Below are positions 10,545 to 22,199 of a stretch of 64,000 nucleotides of DNA, piece by piece. The notes below the pieces were generated by a model. It ran no database searches, was not told the DNA's origin, and was given only the letters and a program-made list of their open reading frames with translations. Numbering within the stretch: position 1 is the first letter of the stretch; each line of letters begins with the position of its first letter. The position numbers and the translations under genes are program-made. This stretch comes from Eledone cirrhosa (Eukaryota). The stretch spans positions 198,276,001-198,340,000 of the forward strand of contig OZ024742.1 of the NCBI GenBank assembly GCA_964016885.1, written 5' to 3'.

Positions 10545-13500
10545 AAAATTTGTATTCAAGAGACCAGGTGGAGGGGAGGGTCGGCTAGATTCATCGTGGG
10601 TAAAGAACGATGCTATAAGCTTTTCTGGGTGGGAAATGACAATGGGTTGGGTGGGGTAGGAATCATGGTAGCAGAAAAGTGGGCAGATAAGATAATAGAC
10701 GTAAATAGAGTGAACGACAGAATAATTAAAATAAGACTTGTCCTCAATAAAACTACGGTGACAGTAATATCTGCGTACGCACCCCAATCCGGACTGCCCG
10801 GCGCTATAAAAGACAGATTCTACGAGACACTGATGCTCGCTACCTCCCAAATAACCGACAGTGACTATATAGTTATTGCAGGCGACCTAAATGGTCACGT
10901 TGGACAACATTGTGACGGCTATGATGGAATCCATGGAGGCTATGGGTTCGGTACTAGAAATGAGGAAGGCTCCAGAATCCTGGAATTCTGCGACGCAAAT
11001 AACTTAACTATCTGTAACACTAACTTCAAAAAACGAGACAATCACTTGATCACCTATAGATCGGGGGAGCACACAAGCCAGGTAGATTATATCCTTACCA
11101 GAAGACGTGACAGAGTGTCTGTTGTTAACACTAAATCCTTCCCCATGAAGAATTCACCTCCCAACATAGACTGATAATTAGCGACCTCATAGTCAGGACG
11201 AGACGTACTAGACAGCGGAAGAGGACTATCCTCAGGAGAAAAATATGGAAGCTAAAGGACCCCATAGCCAGAAATAAATTTCAAAGCATATTACTTGACG
11301 CTTTCGACAGTAAGGAAGAGCAATTAGAGTCGTATAATATAGAGGAACAGTGGGAATTCCTGAGAGCAAACCTGCTGACGGCGGCAGACGAAGTCTGTGG
11401 CTGGAGCAGGCCTGTAGGTAGGAGGAGATTAACATGGTGGTGGAACAGTAAGGTGGAGGAGTCAATTAAGGCCAAAAAGCAGGCTTGGAAAGCATGGCGG
11501 GATGGGGGAAGTAGAGAAGACTATCAAGTGGCCAGGAGGGAAGCTAGGAGACAAGTGTACTTCGCAAGAAGGGAAGCAGAGGAAAGAAAGTTCAAGCATG
11601 TTCTACAACGTGAGGACCAAAAACGTGAGGTGTTCAGGATTGCCAGGCAATGTGTCAAGGAAAACCGTGATATTGTCGGGGAGAAGTGTGTACTTAACGA
11701 TGATGGCATACTTGCCATCACCGACGCTGATAAGAAGGTAGCTTGGAAGTGTCACTACGAAAGGCTTCTAAATGAGGAGAACAAATGGGAGAAAGACAGT
11801 CTCCCCCACATCGACCCAATAGAGGGACCAGCAGTGTTAGTCCAGGGTAGTACAATAAGCAAGGCAATCAAAGATATGAAGACGGGTAAGGCGGCTGGTC
11901 CTTCGGAAATAGTTGCTGAGATGCTGAAGGCATCTGGTTCGGTGGGACACACCATGGTCACCCGGATAGTTAACCAAGTCGTACAGAATTGGGTTGTTCC
12001 GAAGGACTGGCGTAGCAGCATCATCGTTAACTGCTATAAGGGAAAAGGAGATGCCCTAGATAGGAGTAACTATAGAGGCATTAAATTAATCGACCAGGTC
12101 ATGAAGGTCACGGAAAAAGTAATAGCGCAACTAATCAGAGAGAGAATTGATCTAGATGAAATGCAGTTCGGGTTTGTGTCAGGCAAAAGTACCACAGACG
12201 CTCTTTTCATTGTACGACAACTACAGGAGAAGTACCTAGCTAAAAGTAAACCCCTATACTTAGCTTTCGTCGACTTGGAGAAAGCCTTCGACAGAGTCCT
12301 CCGTTCCATTATCTGGTGGTCTCTTAGAAAACTAGGTGTTGACGAATGGCTTGTGAGAGCTATACAAGCCATGTATAAAGAAACAGTCAGTAAGGTTAGA
12401 ATTAACAACGAATATAGTGAAGAGTTTAGCGTAAAAGTTGGTGTCCATCAGGGCTCTGTTCTTAGCCCCCTACTATTTATTATTGCCCTTCAGGCTATAA
12501 CAGAGGAGTTCAAGACCGGCTGCCCATGGGAACTCCTATACGCAGATGATCTAACGCTCATAGCTGAATCAATGACAGAACTAGAGAAGAAATTCCAAAC
12601 ATGGACGCACGGCCTAGAATCAAAAGGCCTTAAAATTAACCTGGCTAAGACTAAAGTTCTAGTTTGTAGGAAAGAAAATAAGGCGGCAGTCCCATCTGGG
12701 AAATGGCCATGCTCAGTGTGTAGGAAAGGCGTAGGTAGAAACTCCATTTTATGTCCCAAATGCAAAGTATGGGTGCATAAAAGATGTACTGGGATCACAG
12801 GTAAGCTAACTAAGAACATAGATTTTACATGTGGCCGGTGCTCTGGTGCAATAAGTAGCAGCAAGTGCCCACAAAATACTAGCTCCTTCAACTGCGCAGA
12901 GGGTTCTATAGAAATAGTGGACAGCTTCCGTTACCTGGGTGACAAAATCAGCAGTGGGGGAGGGTGCTCTGAAAGTACAGTAGCTAGAGTCAGAACTGGA
13001 TGGAAAAAGTTCAGAGAGCTTATACCACTATTAGTCGCTAGAGGGTTCTCCCTAAAAATGAAAGGCAGGTTATACGATGCCTGCATACGAACAGCAATGC
13101 TGCATGGCAGTGAGACCTGGGCATTGTGTGCAGAGGATATACGCAGACTAGAGAGGAACGAAGCTTGCATGCTCCGCTGGATGTGCAATAGTAATATACG
13201 TGAACGGCAAAGCATAAACGAACTAAGGAAAAAATTAGAAATAAGAGAGAAGGCTACGTTGGTACAGTCACGTGATGCGCATGAAAGACAACAGCTGTAT
13301 GACAAAGTGCAGGGCAATAAAGATAGACGGTAGCCACGGAGTAGGCAGACCCAGAAAAACATGGGACGAGCTGATAAATTCCGACCTCACACGCTTACAC
13401 CTCTCCAAGACAATGTCACTGGACCGAGACCTTTGGCGGTACTCAGTAATAGAGAAGACCTGCCTTACCTAAATACAAAGTAAAAACCTACTACAGTCAG

Positions 13501-13979
13501 TAGGCATCTCTATCAAAACACACCCCCGTCCCACCACCTCCACCCCATCCACACCGCCCCTTTCAATGTAAAGTTATGTTGGTCCCACAACATCCAGGCC
13601 GAAACAAATGAGATCGTGTAGGTGTCACGACAAAAAAACACACAGTCCACGCTGTAAATGTGGCCGTGTAGGCAACACGGTAAAAACCTCCCAGCCCCAC
13701 ACTGTAAATGTGGTTGGTGTTAGGAAGGGCATCCAGCTGTAGAAAACCCACCAGACAGTCCACGCTGTAATGTGGCCGTGTAGGCAACACGATAAAAACC
13801 TCCCAGCCCCACACTGTAAATGTGGTTGGTGTTAGGAAGGGCATCCAACTGTAGAAAACCCGCCAGACAGTCCTATGCGAGCAAGACAATCACTCTTGCC
13901 TCAAGTGGGAAAACCCCCGTCCAAACCCATGCAAGCGTGGAACACGGACGCTAAACCTGATGATGATGATGATGATGAT
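10545..13979 (+). mobile_element. Nearly full-length RTE-clade LINE (APE endonuclease, reverse transcriptase, PHD-like finger), antisense to IPO11
   Basis: APE motifs CIQETRW, SAYAPQ, GDLNGHVG and QVDYIL are present. RT motifs NYRGIKL, QFGF, AFVDLEKAFD, GVHQGSVLSPLLF, LLYADD and FRYLG are present. Frameshifts occur near 11143 and about 13245, the final stop is at 13472, and there is a (TGA)n tail at 13958-13979. Confidence 0.95.
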
Positions 13980-14028
13980 ACAACAGCTTTCAAAAAATAA
14001 TTGATCAATTAATAAAGGTGATAATTAC

Positions 14029-14187
14029 CTTAACTAATCGGATGAGTGTCGTAAGGATTGCACATCGTAACATATTATGATCGGAATCCCAGAGAAGTGG
14101 CAAATAAAGTATAAGTTGGTCAGCATACGGACGGATCTGGGCACCAACACGCTCAATAACAAACGATATTACGTAAAGAACATGCAT
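14029..14187 (-). CDS. IPO11: Importin-11 exon (MHVLYVISFVIERV...HNMLRCAILTTLIRLVK)
   Basis: Acceptor ttgcag, donor AAG|gtaatt, 159 bp, phase 0/0. HNMLRCAILTTL is a recognisable IPO11 motif. Confidence 0.95.
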
Positions 14188-14783
14188 CTGCAATATAGAG
14201 TGGAATAAAAATGAAAATATTAATTAAATTTAATGACAGCTTCCCATGACATCTTGCCAGAGTTCCCTATCATTAACCCTCTATGTCCTGTACCACATGA
14301 AACCACATATGGACAAAATTCTTGAGAAGTACAAAACAACACTATGACTGCATCACATTAAAAATTAAAGTCTCTACTCTACTACTGTAAATTTTTACAG
14401 CAATCTGTCTACTAATAAAGATACTATAAACATTTGAATTAATAAACCATATGAAACCACATTTGCACAACATTCTTGAGAAGTACACAACAGCACTATG
14501 ACTGCATAACATTAAAAATTAAAGATTTTATTTCATTTTACTGCAGATTTTCACAATGATCTGTCCACTAGTAAAGATACTGTAAATATGTTTTGAGAAT
14601 GTTTTACAACCAGATGCCCTTCCTGACACCAACCCTTTTAATCACCTCTTACAACCCACAGGTATATACTTTAACTATTCTAAGAACCAGAATACACAAC
14701 ATATTTATAAAATATTCAAATACAGCTGATAAAAGATTTTTTTTGAAAACTTTCCTTGTGTGGAGAGAAATGAAATAACTCAC

Positions 14784-14849
14784 CTTAGTATCACATTCCT
14801 TTATCTCTCTCAGCAGTTGGAAGAGAAGACTGAAGGAGGGACTTAAATA
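14784..14849 (-). CDS. IPO11: Importin-11 exon (YLSPSFSLLFQLLREIKECDTK)
   Basis: Acceptor ctttcag, donor AAG|gtgagt, 66 bp, phase 0/0. Not in the ORF track; read manually. Confidence 0.92.
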
Positions 14850-15099
14850 CTGAAAGGAGAAAAAATGTCCAAATATTAAAGAAGAAATATTAGTTTGGTA
14901 ATACCAAAAATCAGTTATTGTTTAACCCTAAATCAGCCAAGACTGAGCTGATCAAGAAACCTAGAATCAACATTCTAGCTGTGGCCATCACATCTTTTTT
15001 TCTAGACAGTACATCTAATCTTGCTTATTGCTACCATGAAACTGGGATAAGCTCCAGCTTGATAAACCTCTAGGCTTGAGACAGACTAACTTAGTGAAG

Positions 15100-15325
15100 G
15101 CTCACAGCCTAGTGATTAGGGTGTTTGTCTTGTGATCATAAGGGTGTGGGCTCCATTCCCTGACTGGATGGTGAGTTATGCCCTTGAACAAAGTAGTTTA
15201 CTTCACAATCAACTCAGCTGAAAATGAGTAATACCAGCACCAGCAGGGGATTAGCCATGCAATAGACTGGTGTCCTGTCCAGGAGAAAGACATACTCTCA
15301 GCCACTTATTGTCAATGAAACCGGA
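15100..15325 (+). mobile_element. Degenerate SINE family B copy
   Basis: Sequence gcctagtgattagggtg...cccttgaacaaag...ctcagctgaaaatgagta resembles 17907-18180. Confidence 0.55.
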
Positions 15326-15736
15326 ATCATTAAATTGTGAAATTATCACTTTATTTTAATCTGTGTATTAAAATGGTATTTTGGAGCATAAACTAACAAA
15401 AGACAAATCATCATCATTATTTTGTCATCCATTTTCCATGTTGGTATAGGTTTGATATGTCATGGGCTGAGTCTAGACAGGTCAGATGATCAGGTTTTAC
15501 TTATACATTCTATTTTGCCATGCCATGATTTGAATGACTGGATGCTATTTCTAACACCAACCTCTTTACAGTACTCAGTACTGGGTATATTTTATTGTGG
15601 TACTAGCACATTGAACAACATAAACAATATATATTGGCATAGTAAGGTGGTGTTTGGAAAATAACTTGAGAAACGATAAAGTATATTAGTATATTAAGTT
15701 GGCATTCGTGATACATGACTTTAATAAACACTTTAA

Positions 15737-15916
15737 ACCTTTAGCATTTACATTATATTTACTATTATATTTTCATGGTAATGGCTTTACCTCATATAAT
15801 TATCTCACATAATATTGAATCATTGAGAATCAGTATGAGTGACCGGTTACAGCTGGTTTGAACAGAAAGAGGTGAGAGAATTCTGGCCGTATATGGGCAG
15901 TTTAAATGCTAATGGG
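15737..15916 (+). mobile_element. TTAA-specific MITE, copy 2
   Basis: Structure TTAA|ACCTTTAGCATTTA...TAAATGCTAATGGG|TTAA, with an interior homologous to 5609-5814. Confidence 0.75.
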
Positions 15917-16014
15917 TTAATTCATGAAGTTTTGCATCATATAAAGAGAAACAGTGACATCAGCTGTGATGTAAAAATGGCTAATAATCTAAATAAAGAC
16001 AAAAATATACTTAC

Positions 16015-16055
16015 TGGCAAAAACTGCTCAGTATTAAATTCAAAGTCATCTACAG
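16015..16055 (-). CDS. IPO11: Importin-11 41-bp exon (AVDDFEFNTEQFLP) with an AC acceptor
   Basis: Reads tgtac|CTGTAGATGACTTTGAATTT...CCA|gtaagt, phase 1/0, and encodes the conserved VDDFEF..QFLP motif. Confidence 0.92.
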
Positions 16056-17480
16056 GTACAGTAAGGTTAAGTAAAACATAACTGGTTTTAAATTGATACC
16101 AATATAAATATTGTAGTGAGTAATTACATTAACAAGATATATTTTCTTGATAACATAAGCTAAAACACCATTACACCTATATTACACATATTTAATCATT
16201 TTGTTATCATATTTCTAATGAAACAACTTATTACCTATGATTTTCAAATAAATTTTGAAAATAATCAAGAAGTTTGAGAGATTTAATAATATAAATAACT
16301 TGCTCATTATGGAAGGTCTTTAGATAAATATAAACTTTAAACCTCTTTTTACCATATTTTTAATAAAAGATACTACATTTGTTTCTCACTATTGAGCTGG
16401 TGTTTGTAAGAAAAGTTCTTACATAAAATTATGATGTAAGGTTTTTAGATAAATATAAACACTTTAACCATTTTGTTACTATATTTCTAATGATAGACTG
16501 ATTTTCCAATCATGATAAAAAAAAATTTGGAGGGATTAAGCTGGTGCTTGGAACATAGCTTAACAAAGGTTCTTACATAAAATTATGATGGAAGGTTTAT
16601 AGATAAATACACCATCAACACTGTTTAACGTCTATTCTTCCATGCTTGCATGGATTAAATGGGTTGTGCACATTATGATACAAGTACGGCCAGTTAGAAC
16701 TGTATTTTGGCTGGAAATTTTACAGCTGGATGCCCTTCCTAACACTGACCATGCTTACAGTGAGACACTGGGTGGTCCTGTTATGAGACAAGTCTGGCCA
16801 GATGGCAGTGCCATACCTAGCAAATATCAAGACTGTGTGTTGGCTGTGATTTTACAGCTGCTGGATACCCTGCTCACAGTGGAACCATCTTTTGGGAGCA
16901 GGGTGGTCCCATTATGAGAGAGATCTGACCAGTTGGCCGTGCCATGCGTTACTCATAGTGGGGCTGGGCTTTTAAGGATGCCCTTACTAAAAAAAACAAA
17001 CAGAAAAAAAATATAATTAAAAAAATATTTTTGTCTAATTGTCAAGGACAAATTTTACAGGGCAAAACCAACTGCCAGGAGACCCAAGGGTAGACCCCGA
17101 GCAAGATGGTTGGATAATATCCATGAGCTCGGCTGCTGGTCTCATTTGGGGATCCAGCCAGATAAGTTGGAGATAGTTGCTTCTGACAGGACCCACTGGA
17201 GGGAGTGTTTGAGGACTCAGCTCCCACGACCCTCTCAAGCATCAGTAGGAGAAAAAGAAAAAAAAAGCAGACTTTAATATATATATATATTGTATATCTC
17301 TTAATATATAATACGTTTATATATAAATAAATATAGGTGCAGGTGGAGTTTGCTTCACGACCATGTGGTCCTAGATCCACTCAAAATAAAATTAAATGTA
17401 TGTATGTAATGTAAATATATTGTATATGCCTTTATTCTGAATGTTGCTGTGTTAGTGCTGTCATTAATTAAAAAGGATAT
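16056..17480 (-). other. U12-type (minor spliceosome) AT-AC intron, 1425 bp
   Basis: 5' site |ATATCCTTT, branch-point-like TTACTTAAC at 16066-16074, 3' terminal AC. The reading frame joins correctly with these ends. Confidence 0.93.
17040..17240 (+). mobile_element. RTE-like LINE 3' fragment inside the U12 intron
   Basis: Encodes RRPKGRPRARWLDNI and is homologous to 8585-8760. Confidence 0.65.
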
Positions 17481-17644
17481 CAGTCCTGAGTGTGTTTGCA
17501 GCTTCAAGTCGTACGACCAAATCCTCTTTCTCTTGCAGTAATGGAAGTATAGTTTCATAGAGTATTCCCCTCAGCGACACTGACAACTTTACACCAACCC
17601 ACTGGCTTACCAACCATATCACACGACGACGTATAATTCGGTAA
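17481..17644 (-). CDS. IPO11: Importin-11 exon (YRIIRRRVIWLVSQW...DLVVRLEAANTLRT)
   Basis: Acceptor cttccag, 164 bp, phase 2/1, ending at an AT donor. Contains RRRVIWL..QW and DLVVR motifs. Confidence 0.95.
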
Positions 17645-17906
17645 CTGGAAGAGAAGATACATTGACAAACACACTGATTAAATGTCACAACAATATTAAT
17701 GAAAACAAAGATGGCCCAATGAAAACTCCAAGAGTCTGATTCCATCAGTGAAGTTGCCATGTTCAACATGTAGAAAAGGAATATGTAGGAACTCTGTATG
17801 ATGCACACAATGTAAGGTATAGGTACATGATAGGTGTAATGGGATCGTAGGTAGTCTAACAACAAAGATAGTCTTTTCATATGGCAGAGGCACAAGAGGT
17901 GCGTGG

Positions 17907-18180
17907 CTTAGTGGTAAGGGTGTTGGACTTACGATTATAATGTTGTGAGTTTGATTCCTGGGCTGGGTTGCATGTTGTGTTCTAGAGTAAAAGACTTCAT
18001 TTCACAGTGCTCCAGTATTCTCAGTTGAAAATGAGTACTAGCAATAACTAGGGGTTTAACCCTGTGATGGATTGGCATCCAGTCCAGGGGGATGTCTTGT
18101 ACTCTCAGTCGTTTCACGTGGTGAAACCAGGATAAACACCGGCCTAACGAGCTTCCTGGCTTGAGACAGACTTTAGAAGT
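17907..18180 (+). mobile_element. tRNA-derived SINE family B copy
   Basis: A box gtGGCTTAGTGGtaag and B box GAGTTTGATTCCtg are present, and the body is shared with 9700-9857. Confidence 0.75.
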
Positions 18181-18269
18181 TAGATACACAGGAATAGTAG
18201 GTAATAAGAGTAACAGTGAAATAAAGCTTTCCCAATCTCAAGAGGATACCATAGCAGTCGATAGTTTGT

Positions 18270-18620
18270 TATTTACATAACTTAATCAACAATGGATGAA
18301 GTTGCTCTGAAAATATAGCAGCTAGAATAAGAACAAGTTGGAAAAGGTCAAGGAAGCTATATGCTACCTCTGTTGACAAGGGATTTTCTATGAACATAAG
18401 GTAGATTGTATGATGCCTGCATGAGAAGTATGATGTCGCAGAGCAGTGAGACAAAGGTGACAAATACAGAGAATATATGGAAAAGAGAGAGAAATGAAGT
18501 AAGCATGGTTCATTGTGTGATGTTAATATGGATTAACGATAGCGAATGGATGAACTTATTGAAAAACTGAGTATAAGAGTAAACATATGTAGTGTGCGAG
18601 AGAGAAAACTGCATGGGTAT
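18270..18620 (+). mobile_element. Highly decayed RTE C-terminal fragment
   Basis: Sequence agctagaataagaacaagttggaaaagg...gacaagggattttct...gtatgatgcctgcat...agtgagac parallels the intact RTE at about 12980-13260. Confidence 0.6.
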
Positions 18621-18799
18621 AGACATTTAATTTCATGTATATATATATATATATACAGGCACACACATTTACAGATACACACGCCTACTGATCAATAAAA
18701 TTGTAAACCAATATCAAGGATCTGGTTGACGTTGAAAGTTCCATAAAACTAATATTTTGTAAACCACTGGTGAAATTAGAAACCATAACTACTACTTAC

Positions 18800-18905
18800 T
18801 TTGTATGTTTGTTTTTTAACTCTGGTATTAAATGGCTTGTGAACCACTGATCAAAATCTATGTCATCAAAGAGGTCAAAGGATGCCAAGCCTACTGCATT
18901 GTACA
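18800..18905 (-). CDS. IPO11: Importin-11 exon (VYNAVGLASFDLFDDIDFDQWFTSHLIPELKNKHT)
   Basis: Acceptor tttcag, donor AA|gtaagt, 106 bp, phase 1/2. Contains YNAVGLA...DFDQWF. Confidence 0.95.
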
Positions 18906-18934
18906 CTGAAATATAATAATAATGGTTTCTGATA

Positions 18935-19270
18935 TAGGCACAAGGCCAGCAATTTTGGGGGAGGGGAAAGTCGATTAAATCGACCCCGTAAGGATGAAAG
19001 GCAAAGTTAACTTCAGCAGGATTTGAACTCAATGTAAAGGGCCATAACTATGCTGCAAAGCATGGTGTCTGACACTCTACCAATATTGCTAATCCACCAC
19101 CCTACTAATAATAATTGTTTCTACTTTCAGCACAAAGTCAGCAATTATCCCAGTGTATTACTGATGCTTTATTTTATCGACCCCGTAGGGATGAACGGCA
19201 AAACTAACACCAGCCGTAACTCCATGCTACAAAGCATGGAGTCCAACCCTCCACCGATACTGCCAATCCA
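18935..19270 (-). mobile_element. Two tandem SINE family A copies
   Basis: The block gcacaa.g.cagcaatt...atcgaccccgta.ggatgaa.ggcaaa...gcatgg.gtc..ac.ct..acc.ata occurs twice. Confidence 0.65.
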
Positions 19271-21424
19271 CCGCCCTCACCACCTTGATAATGATTTCTA
19301 ATTTAGGCACAAAGCCTGTTAATAATAACAACAACAAGAGCACACATACTGCCCTATCAACAATGGGGGCATGTATCTGAAGTTGTATGTAGTGTAAAAA
19401 TAACTTGAAGAAAATGTAGTGGCTTATACATTGGAACCATTGTCCACAAGATACACATCTGGATAAACCCTTTCACTATCATATTTCTAATTAAAGACAA
19501 CCTGAGATTTTCAAATCATTTGGAAAATAATCAAGAATTTAGAGAGATTTAATAATATAACTATGTTTTTCATTATTAAACTGGTGTTTGAATCAACATA
19601 ATGGTCCTAACATGTAATTATAATGGAAGGTTTTTAGGTAAATATAAATACTTTAACCATTTTGTTACCATCTTAACTATAATAAAGTAAGGAGTGCGGG
19701 ACAGCGTCCAGAATATATTTTTTTATCCAGTTAGTAAAATAAGTTGGATTAGTTTGAATAAATAATAAATGAATATTACATAATTTATCTACTAAATTTC
19801 GTAACTCTTGATTAAATATATTTTATTGGTTATTTAAAGTTTTCAAATGTCAACACTTCCAGTTAACGATCCCTTATATAAACATTCATATATTTCCATC
19901 ACTAATTTTTCTAACTAGTGCAGTTTATATATAATATATATTTTTTTAATGTATCATGGATTACTTTACTGATTACATAAGAGTGTAATGCAGACTTCAT
20001 TCAATTTCTGTGCATATTGTCAATTACGATTTTATTTGATGTATGCATATATATTTGCGTATAATATCAATATGCACACTACACATGCTAGCCGAAAACC
20101 ACCCAAAGAGACTGCTTATGATTTTTGACATTTTTTAAATGATCGAGAATTTAGAGGGACTTAGTAATATAAATTTCTCATTACTAAGCTGGTGCTTGAA
20201 ATAACTTAAATATCCTTAAGTAAAATTTATGACACAAAATTCTTTGATAAATATAAACACTTTAAAACAAAAAGTTATATATTGTAGAACCAGAAGTGGC
20301 TTCAGGCAGTTTGGCATCAGAAGGGTTAAAAACCACACCCATATCAGTGCTTCCCCTGTCAAAACCACCTTTAGAAATGTCACACCTCAGATTATCAAAG
20401 TTACCATAGAGGCCATCAAACTAAATATCAGAAAATTGCATATCAAAGAGGTTATACTTATCAATAAACAGGAGGTGTTAGGTGCATGAAGACAATTGGC
20501 TCTTGTGACTACACAAGTCTGTGCATGTCACTACTCCTCCAACCTATTTTCTACATAGTAGAGTGCAGTTCATTCCCAACATCACATTCTATTTTCTACG
20601 AAAAAGAGCTCCTAACCTCAAAATATCATGAAATACAACGTAAATGCATAAACTGTTATTTCATACTTTACTCTAGCTTTCACTCTTGTATTTCTAATTT
20701 ATATTCTATCAGCTTTTCCCAAACAATCATTACATATCACCTCACAATGATTTATATAAACTATAATATTGTACCAGCTTTCCAAAAACAACTCTTAGTT
20801 CAGTGATACAAAATCACCTATTTTAAAAATGTTCTTCCTTATATTAAAATATTTCTTTCCTTAAGTAAAAACCTTTTGTTGAGTTATGTTCCAAATCTCA
20901 ACATGATCATGAAAAAGATATTTTACTAAATTCCTCCAAATTTTATATTATTTTCAAAATAATCTAAAATTTAGAGGGAATTAGTAAATTAACTTTCTCA
21001 TCATTTATCTGGTGTTTGGAACATAACAAATCTCCTTCCATAGAATTATGATGGAAGGTTTTTTTTTTGTTTATTTTTAGATAAATAAAAACACTTCATC
21101 CTTTTCATTAGTAAATTTTTAATTAAAACCATTGCCCAGGTATTTCAAATTATTTGAAAATAATCTGAGATTTGGAGGGATTTAGTGAAGTAACTTTCTC
21201 ATCATTTACCTGATAACAAATGTAATTACCTAGAATTATGATGGAAAGTGTTTTTGATAAGTAGAAACACTTTAACCCTTTCGTTACCAAATTTTCATTA
21301 ACTTTTTTGTTACCAGCCTGGCCCAAACCAGCTTTGGTTCTATGAAATAAAGTCACCCATTTTAATGATTTCCAATTTAAATTAAAATTTTCAAGCATAA
21401 TTTTATATAAGAGCCTTACATTAC

Positions 21425-21634
21425 CCCTTTAGCATTTAAGCCAGTCATATCCGACCAGAATTCTCTCACCTCTTTCTGTTCAAACCGGCCATAACCAACT
21501 ACACATACAGATGTTAAGGTATTGTTCTCAAAATAAATAACATCAAAATCTCATAAATTCAATATTATGTGAGATAAAGCCTTTACTGTGAAAATACAAT
21601 AATAAGAATATAGAGTAATGTAAATGCTAAAGGA
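21425..21634 (-). mobile_element. TTAA-specific MITE, copy 3 (inverted)
   Basis: Reverse-complement homolog of 5609-5814, nested in AT-rich relics of a second TTAACCCTT...AAGGGTTAA family. Confidence 0.75.
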
Positions 21635-21916
21635 TTAAGTTACTATCTTAGTAATAAAATAATTAATGATTTAAGTAAATCCCTCAAAATACTCATTAAT
21701 TAATTGAAATAGCAGATATTTCATTAGAAATGTGATCATGAAATGGTTAAGCTGGTGTTTACAGCATAACATAACAAATATTTTGACATAAAATTATTAT
21801 GCAAGTTTTTTTTAGATAAACATTTTAAAAGAAACAGTTTGTAACACAGAACCAGAAGCAGTTTGGTGTCAAAAGGGTTAACTATACAATAAAATAATAA
21901 AACTCTGCAATCTTAC

Positions 21917-22055
21917 CGGCATCCTTGCGCAGAATAGCTGCCATATCATCAACATCACATGGACCTTGGACATTCTGTACCATATCTAGCAGAACTGGGG
22001 CCAACGTGCTGTGGAAGTTTTTGAACAGCGACAGAAATAACACTTCAGTGCATGG
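21917..22055 (-). CDS. IPO11: Importin-11 exon (PCTEVLFLSLFKNFHSTLAPVLLDMVQNVQGPCDVDDMAAILRKDA)
   Basis: Acceptor gacatag, donor G|gtaaga, 139 bp, phase 0/1. PCTEVLF...PVLL.M...QGP...KDA is characteristic of IPO11. Not in the ORF track; read manually. Confidence 0.93.
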
Positions 22056-22199
22056 CTATGTCAAAGATAAAAACAATATATCAATCAATTATTGAATTTG
22101 ATAAAGAATATTGCTTTTTAAAATTTTGTTTATTGGTAGATAGATTCGGGTGAGCAAGAGTTAAAACCACAATTCCTTCTGTATTCATTTCAATCACTT

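Noticed and set aside
11232-13362. Multiple minus-strand ORFs
   Set aside because: They are antisense shadows of the RTE coding sequence.
17907-17980. tRNA gene
   Set aside because: A and B boxes are present, but the sequence continues into a repeated SINE body and no complete cloverleaf is evident; the same applies to about 9780-9857.
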